A stretch of DNA of 64,000 bases, taken from contig CBDCOX010000002.1 in NCBI GenBank assembly GCA_965219995.1, positions 4,704,001 to 4,768,000 on the forward strand, read 5' to 3'. The notes beneath the pieces were generated by a model. That model made no database searches and was not told where the DNA came from. It was given only the letters and a program-made list of their open reading frames with translations. Origin of the DNA: Candidatus Latescibacterota bacterium (GTDB lineage: Bacteria > Latescibacterota > UBA2968 > GCA-2709665). Numbering within the stretch: the stretch's first letter is position 1; every line of letters begins with the position of its first letter. The position numbers were made by a program, and so were the translations under genes. Positions 60,258 through 64,000 of this stretch are shown here, piece after piece.

Positions 60258-61064
60258 ATGTTCAACGGTAAAGTCGTCGCGATCACCGGTGCGTCGTCGG
60301 GTCTGGGCGCAACGCTGGCTCTGGCGTTCGCGGAAGAAGGGGCGGACCTGGCCCTTTTCGCGCTCGACGACGGCGTCCACGAAACGGCGGCTGAATGCCG
60401 GGAGCGCGGCAGCCGCGTGACGACCGCCACGGGCGACGTAGGAAAACCGGCGGACTGCGAGGGCTGGATCGACGCCGCGGTATCCGGACTGGGAGGCGTG
60501 GACTACCTGGTTGCGTGCGCGGGAATCAGCATGTGGGCGCGGTTCGACGAGGTGGAGGACCTGGCGATTTTTCGCAGGTTGATGGAAACGAACTACCTGG
60601 GTATCGTGCACTGCGTGTACTACGCGCTGCCTCATCTGAAGGCACGCGACGGGATGGTGGTGGCCATTTCCTCCATCCAGGGCAAGATCGGGGTTCCCCT
60701 GCACACGGGTTACGTGGCGTCCAAGCACGCCGTTCAGGGGTTCTTCGAGTCGCTGCGGACAGAACTGCTGGACACCGGCGTGGACGTGCTGACCGTGCTG
60801 CCACACTGGCTGCGCGGGACCAATCTGCGCAAGGCGGCCTTCGGCAAGGATGGCGGGGCTCTCGGCGGATCGAGCCGGAAGCACAGCAGGGAGTCGATAT
60901 CCCTGGACGACGCAAGCACGGCCATCATCGACGCGATGAAGAAGAGGAAGCGGGAACTGATCATCCCGTTCAAGCTCAGATTTCTGCCGTGGCTGCACCT
61001 GATCAATCCGAAGATCGTCGAATATCTGGTCACACGCGGGGTGGCGAAGCAGGAAAAAGGGTAG
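60258..61064 (+). CDS. SDR oxidoreductase, DHRS7B-like; candidate acyl/alkyl-DHAP reductase
   Basis: [42 protein letters not shown]. Confidence 0.8.
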   Translation: [268 protein letters not shown]

Positions 61065-61103
61065 GCGCGGGTCGAGTCGGCGGCCGGCGGCGCGGGACCG
61101 GAT

Positions 61104-61790
61104 TCAGGAAAAGATCCCGTCCACGTCCAGGTGTTTATCAATCAGTTCGGGCATGCGTCCGAGATGCCCCGAATCCACGTCCACGCCGGGATCGAATGGC
61201 ACGATACCCAGTGAGTCGACCCCGGTGAGGCGAGAAATCACGTCCGGACTGCCGCGGGCGGCCCTCGGATCGCCGGGCCCGGTTGTGTTAAAGACAACGC
61301 CCCGGGTTTCCAGGTTGCGGGTTTTCGCGGCTTCGAGCGTGAGCAGGGTGTGATTGATCGTGCCGAGCGCCGCGCGGGCGACCACCAGCAGGGGCAGGCC
61401 CAGGCGGGCGGCAAGGTCCGCGACCAGGAGGTCGTCCCGAATTGGAACCAGCAGCCCGCCGACGCCTTCGACCAGAACGGTGTCATGAAGGCGTATCAGG
61501 CGGCTATATGCGGCCACGACCGGTTCCAGCGTGATCTGCCGGCCCTCCAGTTCGGCGGCCATGTTCGGCGACAACGGCGCTTCGAGTCGCACCGGATTGA
61601 TGAGTTCAAGATCATCGGAAACGCCTGCCGACCGGATGAGGAGTCGTGCGTCGGCCGCGCCTCCCGACGAGATGGGCTTGAAGACGCCCACGTCCACGCC
61701 CCGCCTGCGCAGAACGGCGGCGATCCCTGCGGTGATGGCGGTCTTGCCTGCGCCGGTGTCGGTGGCGGTGACGAAGACTCCCCTGGTCAT
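61104..61790 (-). CDS. bioD: Dethiobiotin synthase
   Basis: TATDTGAGKT, KPISSG, VEGVGG, LGTINHT. Confidence 0.95.
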   Translation of the reverse strand: MTRGVFVTATDTGAGKTAITAGIAAVLRRRGVDVGVFKPISSGGAADARLLIRSAGVSDDLELINPVRLEAPLSPNMAAELEGRQITLEPVVAAYSRLIRLHDTVLVEGVGGLLVPIRDDLLVADLAARLGLPLLVVARAALGTINHTLLTLEAAKTRNLETRGVVFNTTGPGDPRAARGSPDVISRLTGVDSLGIVPFDPGVDVDSGHLGRMPELIDKHLDVDGIFS

Positions 61791-61810
61791 AGTCTTGTTG
61801 TTCCCGGAAG

Positions 61811-63181
61811 TCAGGCCGCGTCCGTCACTTCGCGGATGGACTCGTAGGCGATATCCAGCAGCTTTTCGAGATCGCGGTCGGAAATGGCCAGGGGCGGCAT
61901 GAGGACGATGGTGTCCCCAAGGGGGCGGATGAGCAGACCCCGTTTTCGGGCCTCGACGCAGACGCGGTTACCCATTCTTTCCGACGTCGGATACGGCCGG
62001 CCGTCGGACCTGTCGGCAACCAGTTCGATGCCGGCGATGAACCCGCACCGGCGCACGTCGCCCGCGTGCGCGAGGGTCCTGAAGCGGTCGAGTCCGCGCG
62101 CGAGAAGCCGTATCCTGGGGCGCAGCGACGCCAGTACGTTGTGGCTCTCGAATCGTTCGATGGCGGCCAGCGCCGCGGCGCAGCCGAGCGGATTGCCTGT
62201 AAACGTGTGGCCGTGGAATAACGTCCTGCCTTCGCTGTCTTCGCCCAGAAACGCATCGAAGATCTCGCTGGTCGTCAGCGTCGCGGCTACGGGCAGGTAA
62301 CCGCCCGTGAGGCCCTTGCCCAGGCAGAGAATGTCCGGCGCGACGTCTTCTTTCTCACAGGCGAACATGGCGCCCGTACGGCCGAAGCCGGTTGCGACCT
62401 CGTCAGCGATGAGCAGCACGTCGTGCGCCCTGCAGAGCTCGGCGACCCTCTGTAGATAGCCCTCAGGATGAACCAGCATCCCGCCCGCGCCCTGAATGAG
62501 GGGTTCGATGATGAAGGCCGCGATGCGGTGGGCGTCCCGTTTCAGGATTTCTTCGATCGCCCGCAAGCAGCCCTGGTTGCACGCATTTTCGCGGGCGCAG
62601 AACGTACAGCGATACGGATGGGGCGCCGGGGCATTCAGCGACTTGAACAGGAGCGGGCCGTACGCCTTGTGAAAAAGGTCGATATTCCCCACGCTCATGG
62701 CGCCGACGGTGTCGCCATGATAGCTCCGCTCGAGGCTCAGAAAGCTGGTTTTTCCAGGTCTCGGATCCGGTCTTTGCCGCCAGTACTGGAAGGCGATCTT
62801 GAGCGCGATTTCTACGGCGCAGGCGCCCGTGTCCGAGTAGAACACGCGGTCCAGACCGGCAGGCGTGATTTCCACAAGTTTCTCGGCCAGCCGGATCGCG
62901 GGTACGTTGGAAAGTCCCAGCAGCGTGCTGTGCGCCACCCGGTCCAGTTGTCCGCGGATGGCGGTGTCGATTTCCGCGGCGCGGTGACCGTGCACGTTGC
63001 ACCACATGGAGGAGTAACCGTCGAGGTACTGGTTCCCGTCGATGTCTTCCAGGTAGACGCCGTCCGCGCGCGCGATGACGATGGGGTCCTCGCGCGCGTA
63101 CGTGCGCATCTGGGTGAACGGGTGCCAAACGAGGCGCCGGTCGAGGTCTTTCAGGCGGGCGTTTTCATCGGGGACTTCCAC
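61811..63181 (-). CDS. bioA: Adenosylmethionine-8-amino-7-oxononanoate aminotransferase
   Basis: WHPFTQM, SMWCNVHG, YHGDT, DEVATGFGRTG, GKGLTGGY, HGHTFTGN. Confidence 0.95.
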   Translation of the reverse strand: MEVPDENARLKDLDRRLVWHPFTQMRTYAREDPIVIARADGVYLEDIDGNQYLDGYSSMWCNVHGHRAAEIDTAIRGQLDRVAHSTLLGLSNVPAIRLAEKLVEITPAGLDRVFYSDTGACAVEIALKIAFQYWRQRPDPRPGKTSFLSLERSYHGDTVGAMSVGNIDLFHKAYGPLLFKSLNAPAPHPYRCTFCARENACNQGCLRAIEEILKRDAHRIAAFIIEPLIQGAGGMLVHPEGYLQRVAELCRAHDVLLIADEVATGFGRTGAMFACEKEDVAPDILCLGKGLTGGYLPVAATLTTSEIFDAFLGEDSEGRTLFHGHTFTGNPLGCAAALAAIERFESHNVLASLRPRIRLLARGLDRFRTLAHAGDVRRCGFIAGIELVADRSDGRPYPTSERMGNRVCVEARKRGLLIRPLGDTIVLMPPLAISDRDLEKLLDIAYESIREVTDAA

Positions 63182-63208
63182 GGGGCCGGATCCACCCGGA
63201 AAATTTGG

Positions 63209-64000
63209 TTACTGCATGCTTGCGCCGATGCTCTCGAGGATGTCAATCGGCATTTTGCAGACCATTGTGTACGCGGGGTCGTAGACGTTGCCCACGTCGT
63301 ATTCCACGGCCTGGCCCATGAGGATGTGAATGGACCGGGCATCCAGGCCGTAGTCTTCCTGGAGGAATCGGATCAGCTCGGTGGTGGCGTGCTGCGTCGC
63401 CTGGTCCAGCGGTCGGGCGTTGCCCACGGCCATCACGTGGGTTTCGTTGATTGCCCTGGGCCACTGAATGGTCTTGCCCTTCAGAAGCCGCAGCGTGAAG
63501 GTTACGTCGAAGGAGATTTCGATACCCGTGCCCGCGATTTCGCCGTCGCCCTGCACGGCGTGGCCGTCGCCGATGTGGAACAGCCCGCCCTCGACGAAGA
63601 CGGGGAAATACACGGTGACGCCCTGGACGAACTCCCGGTAGTCCATGTTGCCGCCATGCGTATCGGAAGTGGCGGTGGAGATGGCCTGGCCGCGGGGCGG
63701 CGCCACACCGAAGCAGCCCACCATTGGTTTCAGGGGGATCCGGAGCCTGCCGATGGGGAGGTCGTCGAAGCCGATGGGCGTGGCCGTGTTGTTGTCGAAG
63801 TCTATTTCCCAGTCCAGGAGGCGGCCTCGGTCGTCGTCGAATTCGGGCCTGTACCCGAAGTCAAGGACGTTGGCGGCGACAACGCCCGACGTGTATCCGA
63901 TATTGCGGTTGGGCGCCAGTTTGTCGAAGGTAACCGCCAGCGTATCGCCCGGTTCCGCGCCCTCGAGGTAGAAGGGCCCCGTCTGGGGATTGCCTGCCGG
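63209..64000 (-). CDS. Acetamidase/formamidase family protein (partial, starts beyond window)
   Basis: Frame stays open to 64000: NPQTGPFYLEGAEPGDTLAV...HGGNMD...GDGHAVQGDGE. Confidence 0.9.
   Translation of the reverse strand, partial: PAGNPQTGPFYLEGAEPGDTLAVTFDKLAPNRNIGYTSGVVAANVLDFGYRPEFDDDRGRLLDWEIDFDNNTATPIGFDDLPIGRLRIPLKPMVGCFGVAPPRGQAISTATSDTHGGNMDYREFVQGVTVYFPVFVEGGLFHIGDGHAVQGDGEIAGTGIEISFDVTFTLRLLKGKTIQWPRAINETHVMAVGNARPLDQATQHATTELIRFLQEDYGLDARSIHILMGQAVEYDVGNVYDPAYTMVCKMPIDILESIGASMQ

Noticed and set aside
61104-63181. bioA-bioD without bioB/bioF as a novel pathway
   Set aside because: Split biotin clusters are common, and the remaining genes may lie outside the window.

Overview
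A 64 kb, mostly GC-rich bacterial chromosomal segment. The gene style suggests an FCB/Latescibacterota/Gemmatimonadota-like organism, possibly host- or sponge-associated; this is inference only. The left accessory part (0.1-15 kb) holds three things: a giant secreted EF-hand/plant-type LRR protein whose C-terminal metzincin protease is cut off by a single in-frame TGA followed by a hairpin, an exonuclease-RecQ-UvrD double helicase, and two PIN toxin-antitoxin pairs. The middle (15-51 kb) is an uninterrupted run of minus-strand genes. It carries ndk-yceD-rpmF-fabH-fabD-fabG-acpP-fabF-rnc-lipM (no plsX), followed by an orphan GlmL-like ATPase / DUF6754 / membrane-protein cluster interleaved with a peptide ABC transporter, a peptidase-propeller-barrel outer-membrane protein, UbiA, DUF362 and others. 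The right part (54.5-61 kb) is the best candidate for an undescribed system: a four-gene operon (fatty acyl reductase, GNPAT-like acyltransferase, eukaryote-type alkyl-DHAP synthase, DHRS7B/PexRAP-like reductase) that mirrors, in pathway order, the peroxisomal ether-lipid route of animals. The window ends with bioD, bioA and a partial acetamidase. Intergenic regions are full of REP-like palindromes, heptamer arrays and a 115-bp element present twice. I found no rRNA, tRNA, CRISPR array or transposase. All family assignments come from motifs read by eye; reference eukaryotic motifs are recalled from memory and need alignment.
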